This document shows, piece after piece, positions 55,032-56,581 of a stretch of DNA of 56,581 nucleotides; within the stretch, counting starts at the first letter, position 1, and each line of letters opens with the position of its first letter. The notes beneath the pieces were generated by a model that saw only the letters and a program-made list of their open reading frames with translations, was not told where the DNA came from and did not search any database. The stretch is from a virus (Duplodnaviria; Caudoviricetes), in the IMG/VR virus record IMGVR_UViG_3300020426_000005, positions 1 through 56,581 of that record; one strand, given 5' to 3'. The translations under genes and the position numbers were made by a program.

Positions 55032-55262
55032 TTAGTTCCAATAGTTTCTTTTTCTATTTCCGTAAGCTTTAACTGCTTCTTCCATTTCTTCAGAATCAAC
55101 TGTGTAAAATTCGTCTTTGAAATCCTCAAAATTTTCCCAGCTATTTTCCCAATTTTCTGTATGCTCTTTTGCATCTACAAAGGCCATAGCTTCTTCTGGG
55201 CTATCGAACTCGCCTAATACTTTATTGTTATTTGTGCCGTCGATTATAAAATAAGTTTTCAT
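55032..55262 (-). CDS. small acidic hypothetical protein
   Basis: 76 aa, Glu/Asp-rich. Confidence 0.7.
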   Translation of the reverse strand: MKTYFIIDGTNNNKVLGEFDSPEEAMAFVDAKEHTENWENSWENFEDFKDEFYTVDSEEMEEAVKAYGNRKRNYWN

Positions 55263-55329
55263 GATATTTTATTTTTTTAATTTGATAAACCGAACCCCTT
55301 TGAAGTGATCGCCGGGGACTCGGAATTTT

Positions 55330-55674
55330 TTATCCAATAAAGTTTTTTTCATCCCAAAGATTCCCTTCAGCGTGAAGTTCTTTTAAGTCTTCTATTGTTT
55401 GTTCATCATCTCCTGTTGCTTCATTATCCGAACCCTCATCAATCCCATTGTTAGATTTCTGAGTATTTACGTATCTCCAAAAAGTAGAGCCGTCTTCATC
55501 AACTTTAATTTCTACATGGTAAGTTTGACAAACATAATCCCAAGCATTTTCCTCTGTAAGATCCAAAGCATTCATTGTATCTTCAATATCAAATTCCCAA
55601 CCTAATCTCATTAAGTCCCTCATTTCAGCTTTAGCAGTGAAGTTTTTTGCGAAGTTAAATTTTGTAGTTTCCAT
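55330..55674 (-). CDS. acidic hypothetical protein
   Basis: 114 aa, Glu/Asp-rich. Confidence 0.7.
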   Translation of the reverse strand: METTKFNFAKNFTAKAEMRDLMRLGWEFDIEDTMNALDLTEENAWDYVCQTYHVEIKVDEDGSTFWRYVNTQKSNNGIDEGSDNEATGDDEQTIEDLKELHAEGNLWDEKNFIG

Positions 55675-55703
55675 AATTTCCGAGTTTTAATTTGTTATTA
55701 CTT

Positions 55704-55776
55704 ATTGTTCTATGGTTCAAATATAACATAACTATTTAGTTATGCAATAGGTTTTTTAAACTTTAACATTTTAATT
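55704..55776 (-). promoter_or_regulatory. 73-bp promoter/operator unit, copy 1
   Basis: TATATTTG -7 element; palindrome CATAACT-N4-AGTTATG at 55727-55744; near-identical to 56268-56340. Confidence 0.75.
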
Positions 55777-55963
55777 TTTTAGCTTCTTCTTTGATGTAGT
55801 TAATCAGCTTTTCCAGGTCTTGTTTGGTCCAGTTGTTTCTAATAGCTTTTGGGGAGTTATTAAGCTTTACAACACCATAACTAGTATTGGTAATTTCGGC
55901 CAACTTTCGGTTTCCCATTCCAAAAGTATCAGCTATCTTCTTAATTTCTGTAGGGATATCCAT
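55763..55963 (-). CDS. small HTH regulator
   Basis: GMGNRKLAEITNTSYGVVK. Confidence 0.6.
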   Translation of the reverse strand: MDIPTEIKKIADTFGMGNRKLAEITNTSYGVVKLNNSPKAIRNNWTKQDLEKLINYIKEEAKKLKC

Positions 55964-56021
55964 AATAATTGTTATTTTTGAAGTTCATAATGTTTGAAAC
56001 ATTATTACTATTGTTCTAATT

Positions 56022-56045
56022 AGCCCCTCCTAAGAGGGGCTTTTT
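56022..56045. terminator. hairpin / terminator
   Basis: AGCCCCTC-CTAA-GAGGGGCT plus T run on the + strand. Confidence 0.7.
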
Positions 56046-56048
56046 GAT

Positions 56049-56243
56049 TTACTTTAAAAAGATCACAGCGGTTTCATTGCTGTAGTCTATTTGCTCTATT
56101 GAATGAACCTCAAAACGAGATTCATTAATTTTAATGATCCATCCTTCTTTCGGGAATTCTGGAATCGTTAACTTGAATTTAGCGATGTCGTTACCGCCTT
56201 CTGAAACAAATTTTACGTCGAATACTAATAATTGGTAATTCAT
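56049..56243 (-). CDS. 64-aa hypothetical protein, paralog of 36891-37085
   Basis: 49/64 identical by manual alignment. Confidence 0.75.
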   Translation of the reverse strand: MNYQLLVFDVKFVSEGGNDIAKFKLTIPEFPKEGWIIKINESRFEVHSIEQIDYSNETAVIFLK

Positions 56244-56267
56244 AATGTTTAAAAATTTAAATTATAC

Positions 56268-56340
56268 ATTGTTCTATAGTTCAAATATAACATAACTATT
56301 CGGTTATGCAATGATGAATTTAAACTTTAACATTTTAATT
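56268..56340 (-). promoter_or_regulatory. 73-bp promoter/operator unit, copy 2
   Basis: direct repeat of 55704-55776; palindrome at 56291-56308. Confidence 0.75.
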
Positions 56341-56505
56341 AGGCTAAGGACTTATATTGATGTGTTATAAGTTTGAAGGCTTATAAATAGAAGATTTATA
56401 AAATATAAATTTAGAATCGAAATGTGTAAATAAATGAAGTCGTCACCTTTGTAAACACATATAAAAACATAAAGTATTGTAAATAAAGAGAATAAAAGAT
56501 GTTTG

Positions 56506-56522
56506 AGTGCCCAGGATGGGAG
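56506..56522. repeat. att core, tRNA-proximal
   Basis: identical to 2537-2553. Confidence 0.95.
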
Positions 56523-56581
56523 TCGAACCCATACGCCCTAATGGACACATGGCCCTCAACCATGCCTGTCTACCAATTCCA
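56508..56581 (-). tRNA. tRNA-Leu(GAG), 5' end cut by the window edge
   Basis: reverse complement shows D arm TGGTAGAC, anticodon arm CATGG-TTGAGGG-CCATG, long variable arm, T arm ATGGG-TTCGACT-CCCAT; no encoded CCA. Confidence 0.95.

Larger units (their letters stand above)
2537..56522. mobile_element. temperate prophage (siphovirus-like), apparently complete, about 54 kb
   Basis: 17-bp direct repeats, adjacent tyrosine integrase, and lysogeny, replication, packaging, head, tail and lysis modules. Confidence 0.95.

Overview
The window holds an apparently complete temperate siphovirus-type prophage of about 54 kb (2537-56522). It is integrated at the 3' end of a tRNA-Leu(GAG), with a 17-bp att core AGTGCCCAGGATGGGAG at both ends. 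The host looks like Bacteroidota (probably Flavobacteriaceae), judged from TAnnTTTG promoters and A-rich leaders without Shine-Dalgarno sites. Modules run: integrase, putative TA pair, CI/Cro switch, recombination and replication, DNA modification, non-coding RNA region, packaging/head/tail, lysis, and a leftward accessory operon. Bases 1-2536 look like the end of a second mobile element in tandem. Five observations stand out. (1) A 13-nt motif TCAACAATTAATA occurs about 15 times, mostly just upstream of start codons, with two antisense copies placed directly before strong hairpins; this may be a phage-wide RNA-pairing or protein-binding regulon. (2) A tRNA-like RNA has its anticodon arm replaced by 132 nt and sits in a structured intergenic region of about 500 nt. 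(3) A small protein of the neighbouring element ends in a 13/14 copy of this phage's TerL C-terminal tail. (4) A C5 methyltransferase is split over two overlapping reading frames. (5) An attC-like fold-back encloses a gene start. All protein calls come from motifs and synteny read by eye; no database searches were run.
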